A program made the translations under genes and the position numbers. Source: a virus (Duplodnaviria > Heunggongvirae > Uroviricota > Caudoviricetes). From it: DNA of 64,000 nucleotides. The stretch lies in the IMG/VR virus record IMGVR_UViG_3300037279_000046. One strand, written 5' to 3'. The notes below the pieces were generated by a model. That model worked only from the letters and a program-made list of their open reading frames with translations. It ran no database searches and was not told the origin of the DNA. Shown in pieces: positions 34,095-42,939 of the stretch (within the stretch, counting starts at the first letter, position 1; each line of letters begins with the position of its first letter).

Positions 34095-34149
34095 CGGTTA
34101 AAGAAAAGGAACCAACCTGGGTGCTAGGGAGGAGTCACACCCAGGTTGG
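34095..34149 (-). terminator. Rho-independent terminator/attenuator between the AAA+ and VWA genes
   Basis: Minus-strand 12-bp hairpin CCAACCTGGGTG...CACCCAGGTTGG followed by TTCCTTTTCTTTAA. Confidence 0.5.
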
Positions 34150-34160
34150 TATAGTCGCTA

Positions 34161-35300
34161 TTACTTAGTCTTTTTATCGACGCCAGTAGCACGACTGATT
34201 TTGATATTGTCTTTAAGGACTTTAACCAGTTCAGGATGGCGGCCAGTGAACTCTTTGAAGAAGTTCGTGATCTGACCTTTCGACTGCTTGTAACCACATT
34301 GTTTGATGAGGTTTACAGCGTGATCGGCAGGGATGATCTTGGCAACTTCTGCCATTATATCCTCGTCGATCTGGTCAGCCTTACAATCTTTCTTCAAACC
34401 ACCGTAGTATTTCTCGATGGACTCAACAGTTGCAGCGATCATATCGCCTTGGTATGTCTGTGGATCCGACATAGAGACGAGACGCTTCATTGCTGCAGAA
34501 CGATCTTTCAACAAATCCTGAGCAGTAACCGGAGCCGAGTCGTAGCAGAACTTGTGGTATTCGTTACCGATGTCTTTACCGAGGATCGAGCAGACAGTCA
34601 AACGGTGAAGAGCGCGGTTCTGATTGACACCAGCAAGCTCAGCAGCGTTAACTTTCGACCAAGTACGTGAAGAGATGTACTTGCCGTCTTTACCGATCTC
34701 TTTCGTGGACTTGTAAGTCCAGATACCAGAAGACACGAACATTTGGACAGAATCATGCCAGTTGGCAGCGTCCATGAAATCGATGAACGCAACGTGGTCG
34801 AATTCAACTTCGAACTCAACGAAACGATCTTTAAGAGCAGCATCCATTGTGTTGACATCGTACTCAGACGAGTCAGGGTTGATACATGAAGCAATCATCC
34901 AACCTGCGGGAACTGTGTAGTTGTGGACTTTGAAATCGGTCAACAGCTGCATTAAACAATTCATGACGCCAGTTGTTCCACGATTCGGTTCTTCAAGAAG
35001 GATCAAGCCTTCACCTTCAGTTGGCCAGAATTCAGGGAGCAAATGCTTCGTACGAGCAAGACCGTTCACGTCAACGCCTTCTGAAGGGAACCCGATCAAA
35101 TCCGGTGCCTCCATGTATGCGATACGAAGATCGATGAATCCGAAGTTCGGATTACGCTTCTGCTCTTTTTTCACCCATGCTTGGGTGATCTCAGATTTAC
35201 CGAGACCAGCTTCGCCGGTGAAGATAGGGTTGATTGTTTTGCCCATAAGGCGTGACTTATATGCCAGATCCAATACTGCGAAAATGTTACTAGGTTTCAT
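34161..35300 (-). CDS. cobS: MoxR-family AAA+ ATPase (CobS-like, AAA_5)
   Basis: Walker A GEAGLGKS, Walker B ILLEEPNR, sensor/arginine region ALKDRF; the size and architecture match phage cobS genes. Confidence 0.8.
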   Translation of the reverse strand: MKPSNIFAVLDLAYKSRLMGKTINPIFTGEAGLGKSEITQAWVKKEQKRNPNFGFIDLRIAYMEAPDLIGFPSEGVDVNGLARTKHLLPEFWPTEGEGLILLEEPNRGTTGVMNCLMQLLTDFKVHNYTVPAGWMIASCINPDSSEYDVNTMDAALKDRFVEFEVEFDHVAFIDFMDAANWHDSVQMFVSSGIWTYKSTKEIGKDGKYISSRTWSKVNAAELAGVNQNRALHRLTVCSILGKDIGNEYHKFCYDSAPVTAQDLLKDRSAAMKRLVSMSDPQTYQGDMIAATVESIEKYYGGLKKDCKADQIDEDIMAEVAKIIPADHAVNLIKQCGYKQSKGQITNFFKEFTGRHPELVKVLKDNIKISRATGVDKKTK

Positions 35301-35348
35301 CTAATCTCCTCCAAAGAGATGTTTCGTTATTTTAATATAATTTCAGAA

Positions 35349-35756
35349 TTAGTGCACGTCTCTCGACAGCGGTTCAGGCATTTTTACACAATCCGCTAGC
35401 TTAGTCGCAAAAGCATTACTAAGTTGCCAGCGTGCTTGCAAGATCTTGAATGTCGGTGCATCATCTTTAGTTGCAGCTTCCATAGCAAGACTCTCAAATG
35501 TCTTAGTCACGATCGACATAAGGTTAGCAAACGTAAGCAGGTCAGACTCGCTAATAGCGATACTCACCATGCCAGGATCAAGTTGTTGCCGCGGCTTGGG
35601 AAGGACTTCCTCAACCTTTGCGGGTGGAACCTCCGCCGCTGGTGGATTCGTCTTCGGTTTCTTCAAGTTCTTCTTCGTAATCTTCGCCATCAGTTTCCTC
35701 TCTAATTTTCGCCAGTATCTTCTCCCGTAAAGCAGGAGGAAGCGCATTGAGATCAA
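35349..35756 (-). CDS. hypothetical protein (start uncertain; overlaps the upstream ORF out of frame)
   Basis: 135-aa ORF; internal Met candidates would shorten it to about 73 aa. Confidence 0.3.
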   Translation of the reverse strand: MISMRFLLLYGRRYWRKLERKLMAKITKKNLKKPKTNPPAAEVPPAKVEEVLPKPRQQLDPGMVSIAISESDLLTFANLMSIVTKTFESLAMEAATKDDAPTFKILQARWQLSNAFATKLADCVKMPEPLSRDVH

Positions 35757-35991
35757 TGCTGAACGACGACTTGGCTTTCTTCGTTTTCAGCTTCTTCGTT
35801 TCACCGAAGAACAGATCTGCTTCCTCAAGAGTCAGAAATACAGCAGGACCACCATTGGTTGTCTTACGTGTAACATCTGGTTGCTTCTCTTTAGAGGACG
35901 CCGGAACAAACTGGATAGATCCGCCGCGAGCAAGATATTCTGCTACGGTTTCTACCTTCTTACGAGATTTCACTTTGGTGTTATCCGACAT
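35611..35991 (-). CDS. hypothetical acidic protein
   Basis: 126-aa ORF with a Glu-rich C-terminus. Confidence 0.45.
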   Translation of the reverse strand: MSDNTKVKSRKKVETVAEYLARGGSIQFVPASSKEKQPDVTRKTTNGGPAVFLTLEEADLFFGETKKLKTKKAKSSFSIDLNALPPALREKILAKIREETDGEDYEEELEETEDESTSGGGSTRKG

Positions 35992-36050
35992 CTAAATCCT
36001 CCGTTTACAGGACCATCTAATATCGGATTATACGTACCAAAACTGTAGCT

Positions 36051-36518
36051 CTATTTGAACAGTTCGTCGGTACCAGTCGTGGGGAAGATAGCGTTTAGCT
36101 TCTTCATGTAGTCGAGGTATTCTTTTTCGTTCTTGCGAGCGATTAAATCTCTTCGCAAGCGCATGAACATGCGATAGGATCTATTGAAAGACAGGGGAAG
36201 ATGCTGGTGATATTGTACGACGGCAGACGTATCAGCGTGGCCGGAGTAGCTCATAGTGTTGATTTCTTTATTATAAATCTGACAGGTTAGCTGTCGCGCA
36301 ATAGAGTTATAGCTCACTATGATAGTCTTAGTTGAATTAAGCGGATCAGATATGAACTTATTCGCTTCGACTTCGACCTTGAATTGCCAGATCACAGTTG
36401 GTCCGGGAAATCCGTTACTGCCAGTGCTAGGATCCTCAAGACGAAAGTTCTCTGGAGTAGTCTTGAGTGACTCGCAGAGTGACTTCAGTGTGATATGGAC
36501 CAATTCCTCTTTTGTCAT
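36051..36518 (-). CDS. hypothetical protein
   Basis: 155-aa ORF. Confidence 0.5.
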   Translation of the reverse strand: MTKEELVHITLKSLCESLKTTPENFRLEDPSTGSNGFPGPTVIWQFKVEVEANKFISDPLNSTKTIIVSYNSIARQLTCQIYNKEINTMSYSGHADTSAVVQYHQHLPLSFNRSYRMFMRLRRDLIARKNEKEYLDYMKKLNAIFPTTGTDELFK

Positions 36519-36581
36519 GCAATCCCTTGTCAGGTATAATGTAAATACCTAAGTCTATCTTATCAGAGGAACTAGTTATTT

Positions 36582-37412
36582 ATGGCTGCAATCACTGAGC
36601 TAACAGATAATCTGGCATACGGAGTCGATGTAAAAAATCGCCGAATCTACTTTGGTGTTAACTTAGATACAGCAGAGTCCACTGAAGCCACCGACTTTAC
36701 TTTAGCCTCGGTAGAGATGGCTGTTAGAGCCATGCATAGAATGGCTTCGGATGCACCTAATAAACCTATTGAACTACACATGTCTTCGTATGGTGGAGAC
36801 ACGTACGCGATGCTCCGGTTGCACGACGAGATCTTGGCATGCCCTTGTCAGGTTCGCTTCTTCGGAAGCGGTCCTATCATGTCCTCGGCCACTTTTATAA
36901 TGTCTGTCTGTGACGAGCGTAATCTGCATGCTAACACCGTTGTAATGGTTCATGAACTTACTTCTGGTGGCGGTGGAAAACACACTGACATTAAGATCGA
37001 CGCTGCTGAGAACATGCGACTCATGGACCAACTCTGTGGTATCTATGAAGCCAACTCTCGTATGCCCAAGGAGTTCTGGTTAGACATCTGTCAACGGGAC
37101 GTGTACCTGACGGCCGGCGAAGCAGTGTCATTAGGTCTCGCCGATCGCATCTTAGAACCTAAGAAACGTGGTAACTTACGTAAGGCTCGCCAAGTAGCTA
37201 TGCGTAAAGAAGTAGATGTTAAAGAGATGAAGGACTTAGTGAAGAGCTTGTATGAGCGTACGAGCCGCACTCGTATTCCTAAGCTAGAATTCAACGAGAT
37301 CAAGAAAGAAGTAGCTGATCCACATCTGTTCGTAGATGAAAGCAAAACGCCTGAGAAATCCGTCTTGGATGCTCAGGCGCCCATCGTTCAGCTAGATGTA
37401 AAGAAAGATTAG
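36582..37412 (+). CDS. ClpP-fold serine protease paralog 1 (S14/S49-like)
   Basis: IELHMSSYGGDTYAMLRLHDEI ... GSGPIMSSATFIM ... VVMVHE aligns to ClpP INSPGG / GxAASMG / MIHQP. GGTATAATGT motif about 45 nt upstream. Confidence 0.75.
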   Translation: MAAITELTDNLAYGVDVKNRRIYFGVNLDTAESTEATDFTLASVEMAVRAMHRMASDAPNKPIELHMSSYGGDTYAMLRLHDEILACPCQVRFFGSGPIMSSATFIMSVCDERNLHANTVVMVHELTSGGGGKHTDIKIDAAENMRLMDQLCGIYEANSRMPKEFWLDICQRDVYLTAGEAVSLGLADRILEPKKRGNLRKARQVAMRKEVDVKEMKDLVKSLYERTSRTRIPKLEFNEIKKEVADPHLFVDESKTPEKSVLDAQAPIVQLDVKKD

Positions 37413-37469
37413 ACAGTGCGGTCCTCCAAAGCTTTTGCCGCCATTATTAAGCTTCTGTCTAAAAATTGA

Positions 37470-37718
37470 TTAAGCGTTACGAACCAGAGAGATGAGGATG
37501 CTTTTTGCATCCGAACCTTCAGCGTATTTGAATACGTCACGAAGATTGCTAACACCAACCACGGACTTCAATGCAGCAACTTTAGCACTGCGCAATCCTA
37601 CGCGCGGGCTAAGTGCAGTTGCCAGTGTGTTAAAGCTAGAGAAGTTGTTCGCACCCAATTTGCGAAGTTCTTTAGCAAGCACCGGACGAGTGTACTTTTT
37701 AGTCGAGAAATTAGCCAT
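37470..37718 (-). CDS. hypothetical protein
   Basis: 82-aa ORF. Confidence 0.45.
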   Translation of the reverse strand: MANFSTKKYTRPVLAKELRKLGANNFSSFNTLATALSPRVGLRSAKVAALKSVVGVSNLRDVFKYAEGSDAKSILISLVRNA

Positions 37719-38009
37719 TCATTACTCCTGTTTTAATTTAGCGGACATTTGAAATATCATTATACGAATCATCTTTAGAGGGTTAAGGAATAGCGGGTTT
37801 GATGTCATCGCCCCCGCACCAGTCAACCCATTCATCTTTTAACAAGTACGCCATAATTCCCCAGCCGTTCAGACTGCTCCAGCTAGTTTACCGGTGGTTT
37901 CCCGACATGCCTATATGGTTTGGTCCTACTCTACAGCATGCTACTCGTGTAGGCCATTCCACCGTAAATTTAGTACAGGAAGCGGGTGGACGCGCTTCAT
38001 CCCTGTATT

Positions 38010-38261
38010 TTAGGCTAATAAAAGTCTTTCAACTTTTGCCATAATTGTCTTGAATTTATACTTTGCTTGTTTCTTAGCGTATTTATAGTCTCTGTATGTG
38101 CCGACTACTCTTCCATCTGGATCATGTAGCTCAAACTTCCACCAAGCATAGTCATCACTGAATATATCATCATTCCACTCTTCTTGTGGAATATCTATCT
38201 GAACTATCTTGTAGTAGTCTGACCACTTCATAGTCTCGCCTTGAGAATGATCTCGTAACAA
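38010..38261 (-). CDS. hypothetical protein
   Basis: 83-aa ORF; first gene after a 290-nt noncoding stretch. Confidence 0.4.
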   Translation of the reverse strand: MLRDHSQGETMKWSDYYKIVQIDIPQEEWNDDIFSDDYAWWKFELHDPDGRVVGTYRDYKYAKKQAKYKFKTIMAKVERLLLA

Positions 38262-38431
38262 CCGTCGTAGTCTTTAACATAGGTCAGGACTTTAAGGTAA
38301 TCAAGCATCTCTAAAAGAAGATGTCGCTTAAATACATCCTCTAAGACTTTATCTGACGGATCGAGGTCGCCTAAATGATGGAAGTAACGATAATAAAGGT
38401 TACCGTCAAAGCCTTCTATCGGTTGCCACAT
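38228..38431 (-). CDS. hypothetical protein
   Basis: 67-aa ORF. Confidence 0.35.
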   Translation of the reverse strand: MWQPIEGFDGNLYYRYFHHLGDLDPSDKVLEDVFKRHLLLEMLDYLKVLTYVKDYDGCYEIILKARL

Positions 38432-38682
38432 ATCCTTATTCCATCCAGACCTTCATATACATAGTCGCACTCAACAACCTTTAAAAGGTGTAGCAGATAT
38501 AGAAGGTTTCGAGTCTCTCTAATAATTTCATGGTCATCAAACGTATACATCCAAGTACTTCCCTGCGGAGGGTTATGCTCCGCCCAGAAGTCATTGTTAG
38601 GACCGTAGTGCCAGAAATTTCTAGTCATCGTCTCCGCCGAAGCCAAGACCCAAGCGGCCTTTTGCTTTCTCTTCGAAGTCAC
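38416..38682 (-). CDS. hypothetical protein
   Basis: 88-aa ORF. Confidence 0.4.
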   Translation of the reverse strand: MTSKRKQKAAWVLASAETMTRNFWHYGPNNDFWAEHNPPQGSTWMYTFDDHEIIRETRNLLYLLHLLKVVECDYVYEGLDGIRICGNR

Positions 38683-39628
38683 GCTTGAAGAGCTTAGAGT
38701 GTTCGACGATCTCTTTCACAACCTGCATATAGGTCTTGTCATCGAGCTCTGCACGGACAGCGATCTCTTCCAAGTGGGCAACCGAGAACTCTTCAGTTCC
38801 CTTTGTGCCAAGGCATTCCTTCTCGTCTTCAGTGAGATCACGCTTGCTGATGAATGTCATCAGGCTGATCTTCTCGTCATGACTCGGAGGAGCGAGCTTC
38901 AACATGAGGTCAAAGCGACCTGGGCGATCTGCGAGAGATGCCAACAGGCTCTGTGGATGGTTAGTAGTAGCTACAATGAACGTAGGGAGGCTGAATACAA
39001 CCCCAACGCCATCAAGGAGGTTCAACATTCCCGAGTCAACACCCGAGTTAGAGCGATGACGCTCGCTGTCGCCTCCACCGATGTCCTCGATGACGAGGAT
39101 CATGCGGGTGCAATCCGCAGTGTACTTGCTGTTAGTAGACAGGAGCTTGGCGATATCATCAGCCTCGATCTCTGAGGTCGGCCACATGATAACTACTGTA
39201 CCTGGATCTTCAGCGATGAGGTCAGAACAGAACTTCTCGATAGCAGAGCTCTTACCCATACCTGGGGCAGAGTAGAGCAATACGCCACGCTTCTTAAGGC
39301 GACCAAGCTTCTCGTACACGTGGAGACGCGAGAAGAACTTGTTGGCTTCAGCCATGATCTTAGTGGTGTTCGTAACCGTCTCAAGGAGGTTACGCTTCTT
39401 AAACTCGATTGGACGAAGTCCAAGACCAGCCATCGTCTTAGTGAAGACGAAAGTGCCAGGCTTGATCTCGTACTGGCGCTCGTCTTCAGGCTTCTCAAAC
39501 TTATACTGATAGATGAACTGACCATCCTGGAAGCAGAGATCCGACTCAGGGAGCTCGTTCTCTAGACCAGCGTTCATGTCGTTAAAGGATGTTTTCTTCT
39601 TCAGTACGAACTTGCCTTCGTCAATCAT
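38621..39628 (-). CDS. classic AAA-family ATPase with unassigned N-terminal domain
   Basis: Walker A GVLLYSAPGMGKSS, Walker B ILVIEDIGGG, and the second region of homology ATTNHPQSLLASLADRPGRFD. Confidence 0.8.
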   Translation of the reverse strand: MIDEGKFVLKKKTSFNDMNAGLENELPESDLCFQDGQFIYQYKFEKPEDERQYEIKPGTFVFTKTMAGLGLRPIEFKKRNLLETVTNTTKIMAEANKFFSRLHVYEKLGRLKKRGVLLYSAPGMGKSSAIEKFCSDLIAEDPGTVVIMWPTSEIEADDIAKLLSTNSKYTADCTRMILVIEDIGGGDSERHRSNSGVDSGMLNLLDGVGVVFSLPTFIVATTNHPQSLLASLADRPGRFDLMLKLAPPSHDEKISLMTFISKRDLTEDEKECLGTKGTEEFSVAHLEEIAVRAELDDKTYMQVVKEIVEHSKLFKRDFEEKAKGRLGLGFGGDDD

Positions 39629-39924
39629 TATGAGCTCCCTCTGCCATTCACTTTTTCTTGTTTGTAGTGAACATAACCACTCTTGCCGTGGGCTCTGTTC
39701 TTCTTTTTCATTACATCTTTACGAAGAAACTCATCGTTAGGACCGGAACCAACAACTCGAGGGTTTCTCGCGATGTCTGCATTCCATAATCTTCTCGATA
39801 CCTTATGTGTTTCCTTTAATGTGTTATACTCTAATCCATATCCTGGGTCACCCCAGCGGAACACTCTCTTGCCCTCAGCTAGAGCCTTCTTAAACTTATT
39901 GAGTAGCCCAAGTAAACTGCTCAT
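39628..39924 (-). CDS. hypothetical basic protein
   Basis: 98-aa ORF. Confidence 0.45.
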   Translation of the reverse strand: MSSLLGLLNKFKKALAEGKRVFRWGDPGYGLEYNTLKETHKVSRRLWNADIARNPRVVGSGPNDEFLRKDVMKKKNRAHGKSGYVHYKQEKVNGRGSS

Positions 39925-40181
39925 GCTTCTTCATTCTTACCTACATGGTTACCATCAAAGTTAATCCCTTGCGAAGATATTAACCATGTTTTCTTATTGA
40001 TGCCATAGCTACCAGAAGTTCCATCAACATATCCTACATAAGCATGATCAGAATGAAACATTAACGAGTTAGGTGACACACTATAGTCATTAGACATCCA
40101 ATTAGCTTTATTAGGACGATGTCCTTCCCACTTGTCGCCATATCTACGCTTGTAATCAACTACCCGATTTGCCATTTTCAT
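39921..40181 (-). CDS. hypothetical protein
   Basis: 86-aa ORF. Confidence 0.45.
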   Translation of the reverse strand: MKMANRVVDYKRRYGDKWEGHRPNKANWMSNDYSVSPNSLMFHSDHAYVGYVDGTSGSYGINKKTWLISSQGINFDGNHVGKNEEA

Positions 40182-40971
40182 CTTGATCCTTATTCTTTAG
40201 AACTGTATCTTCGAAGATCTTTTGTTGCAGAGCTTGTAGATCAATCCCCATCTCTTTCATGACCTTGCGGTAAGTCGTTTTCTTTAGAGTTACTGTTCTC
40301 TTACCGTTATACTCACCATACGTAACTGAAACAGAGTCGGGATTGTATTCATTCTCAATGTTATAAGAGACACCTGCATCCCAGAATGACTCAAGGGGTG
40401 TGTAAGCACCTTTCATAGCAATCTTGATCTCACAGATGCGAACCTGCTTCTCTACATATTCCTCGTATGCATCAGGAGTATGAAAGTAGCAGTGAAGCGT
40501 TCCGTACTTCTCTTTCAGCTGACCAAGAGTGATCTTGGGCTTATCAATCTTATTGAGTATAGGGTTAACATACTTAATCTTAAGAGCTTTTGCGCCATAG
40601 AAATAGCTATGGAAGAAGCTACTGATAACTTTGCCAATCGCCTTAATGGGGTTTTTCTCTCGGTACTTGCCGTGCTTACCAAAACCCAATTGAGTCTTAA
40701 TAGCGTGGAACATGTTCTTCCAGGGTTCAACGATAAACCAAGCTCCGGCTCCGCTTCGGATATAGTAACCGCGCATAGTAGATTCATTGCGCTTGAAGCC
40801 TAATTCCTTCTGGAGCAGATCCATCATCTCAAGTACTTCTGGTGCCCAAGCTAGTGGACAATCAGGTGAGCACTCAGATTTACTGAAGTACTTACGCTCT
40901 AGCTCTGCAAGAGCCTTCTCGTTCTCAGGTGTCTTCCACTTATCGTGGTAAGTAACTTCATTATTAAACAT
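40156..40971 (-). CDS. hypothetical protein
   Basis: 271-aa ORF. Confidence 0.5.
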   Translation of the reverse strand: MFNNEVTYHDKWKTPENEKALAELERKYFSKSECSPDCPLAWAPEVLEMMDLLQKELGFKRNESTMRGYYIRSGAGAWFIVEPWKNMFHAIKTQLGFGKHGKYREKNPIKAIGKVISSFFHSYFYGAKALKIKYVNPILNKIDKPKITLGQLKEKYGTLHCYFHTPDAYEEYVEKQVRICEIKIAMKGAYTPLESFWDAGVSYNIENEYNPDSVSVTYGEYNGKRTVTLKKTTYRKVMKEMGIDLQALQQKIFEDTVLKNKDQDENGKSGS

Positions 40972-41387
40972 TAGTCGATCTCTCTTTCGTACTCAGTGAT
41001 CCACATCAGGATGAATCCAACTACTGCCATGCCGACAGCAGTGCCTAGAGCCATAGTTGTTCCGCTCACACCGAGAGTGTGATACAAGATGGAGCAGATT
41101 ACGCCAACCTCTGCATCAGCTTTCGATCTCATCGCTCCTTTATAGGCTGAATCTATGCAATTTTTCTCAATGTTGTACTGAGGTTCACCTTTGTCAGGAT
41201 AGTAGCGACATTCCCAGTCAGAGTATTTTGCGAACTGTTCAATCATATCTTTACCAAAGTCGCCAGTAACGTAATGCGTATCATCTATAGTAACAGCTTT
41301 GTATCCATCTGTTAAAAACAGGAATAGGCCACCAATAAAGAACATAATTAAAAGTAATGAATTAAGTCTTACTAAAAACTGCTTCAT
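40971..41387 (-). CDS. membrane protein
   Basis: N-terminal TM helix LLLIMFFIGGLFLFL and C-terminal TM helix VGMAVVGFILMWI. Confidence 0.5.
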   Translation of the reverse strand: MKQFLVRLNSLLLIMFFIGGLFLFLTDGYKAVTIDDTHYVTGDFGKDMIEQFAKYSDWECRYYPDKGEPQYNIEKNCIDSAYKGAMRSKADAEVGVICSILYHTLGVSGTTMALGTAVGMAVVGFILMWITEYEREID

Positions 41388-41399
41388 GTCTAGTCTCCT

Positions 41400-41642
41400 C
41401 TATTCGCATGTTTCGCTGGAGTAAACTACAGTCTTGTCATTAAGAGTGTACTTGCATCCATCCCACTCAGTTAGATCGCAGGTAACATTAGAACACTTAG
41501 TGTATTTAATATCTTTCTTAGATACGATCTGCTCGGTACGAAGATTAGATGTACCGTGATCAGTGCATGAAAGAACTTGTTTGTTTCCATGCTGGGTCAT
41601 AGTACAGACCAGAACAGCAACAGTTAAAAATCCCATTAGCAC
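41400..41642 (-). CDS. small secreted Cys-rich protein
   Basis: Signal-peptide-like MLMGFLTVAVLVCTMTQ and 6 Cys in 80 aa. Confidence 0.45.
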   Translation of the reverse strand: MLMGFLTVAVLVCTMTQHGNKQVLSCTDHGTSNLRTEQIVSKKDIKYTKCSNVTCDLTEWDGCKYTLNDKTVVYSSETCE

Positions 41643-41830
41643 CTCTGAATGTTTATATATTCAGATTACTTATACTTTTGTCTGTAAATGAAAAGTCTGA
41701 CATTATCCATTGTTAGGTAGCGATCGCCTTTAATAACTTTGAGTTGGCGGAGTAGAGGCATCATAGCGCTAGTGGCATTTTCTTTCTTAAGATATTCTGC
41801 AGGATGAATAGGTTTCATAGAAAGATGGTT

Positions 41831-41902
41831 GCGGGGGTGAGACTTGCACTCACATCATTTTGGCTTATGAGGCCAAGCTGGCACTTCTTCCAGTCACCCC
41901 GC
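41831..41902 (-). tRNA. tRNA-Met/fMet/Ile2-type (anticodon CAU) candidate
   Basis: Acceptor GCGGGGT, D-arm CTGG-AAGAAGTG-CCAG, anticodon arm TTGGC-CTCATAA-GCCAA, T-arm GTGAG-TGCAAGT-CTCAC. CCA is not encoded. Confidence 0.6.
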
Positions 41903-41911
41903 GAAGACATA

Positions 41912-42109
41912 TTATACACGTGTTGGTGGTTTCCCCAAAGGGGAATGTTTCATTATGAAACTGTGCGAACTAAAAACTGAGTCACCTAAGTTGACAGCAT
42001 TTAGCTTGTGAAGGAATAGACGCAGGTTCATTATATGTGCCTTTATCTCTTCTAGCTTCTCATCCACGGCTTGCATTCGAATAGACTTAAGATACTCTGA
42101 TCCTGTCAC
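41912..42109 (-). CDS. hypothetical protein
   Basis: 65-aa ORF. Confidence 0.35.
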   Translation of the reverse strand: MTGSEYLKSIRMQAVDEKLEEIKAHIMNLRLFLHKLNAVNLGDSVFSSHSFIMKHSPLGKPPTRV

Positions 42110-42501
42110 ACTAGAGTCCTAGCGTAGTCAGCTAACTCTTGTGGCAATAGGTCAGGGTTCACACCTTTGGGCACGATTTTCGCTTTGACTCGGATCGTGC
42201 GAGGAACTGGATCGCTGATGCTAACAGGAGTACTAGTAAAGCTGTTTCCACCGTTTAATTCCTTGGCTTTCTTAATGTGGTTCATCACCATGCTTCGTGC
42301 ATAGCTACGGACTTCGCCGTGGTTGTTTCTATCTTTAGAGTAGTCGATGAGACCATTGATGATACCATTCATCACGTTAGCTTTCACCGTCTCAAGTTGA
42401 GCAGAACTAAGAGCAATAAGAGCGTTATCAACATACTTATTAAACTGCGGCACCTGAAGTAAAATCTCAGCAATAACCGCTTCTTTTTGACCTAAGCTCA
42501 T
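42106..42501 (-). CDS. hypothetical protein
   Basis: 131-aa ORF. Confidence 0.45.
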   Translation of the reverse strand: MSLGQKEAVIAEILLQVPQFNKYVDNALIALSSAQLETVKANVMNGIINGLIDYSKDRNNHGEVRSYARSMVMNHIKKAKELNGGNSFTSTPVSISDPVPRTIRVKAKIVPKGVNPDLLPQELADYARTLV

Positions 42502-42612
42502 TTTAAACTCCCAATGAACCCGTTCAAGTGTACGTGGATTCCGAGCGTATTAAATGAAAAGCCCACTAGGCAAATGTAAATAACAAAAGCAAGAAATAAA
42601 AGTCTCAGCATA

Positions 42613-42939
42613 TCAGCCTCCAAACGTAAATTCTTTTTGATTCCTATCAGTAATAATAAAGACTCTAATGTTCTCTACAGGAAGCACTGTCCACTCGTAT
42701 TGACAGAGCTGAAGTTTACCTGCAGCTTTGAGACCAGAGAGTAGCTTCTGCACCTCTTTAGCATGGTCTGGCTGCTGCTTTACTGTACGAATAACACCAT
42801 CATCGATGAGAAGTTCTTGTTTCAGAAAGTAAATGATTTCATCTAGCTGCTGAGTCGTTTCCTGCAACCTCTGTAAGCACTGAATCTCTCTAGATACTTT
42901 CCCGTGTACGCTCACATCATCTCCATCAGCTTCATCCAC
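42613..42939 (-). CDS. hypothetical protein
   Basis: 108-aa ORF. Confidence 0.45.
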   Translation of the reverse strand: MDEADGDDVSVHGKVSREIQCLQRLQETTQQLDEIIYFLKQELLIDDGVIRTVKQQPDHAKEVQKLLSGLKAAGKLQLCQYEWTVLPVENIRVFIITDRNQKEFTFGG

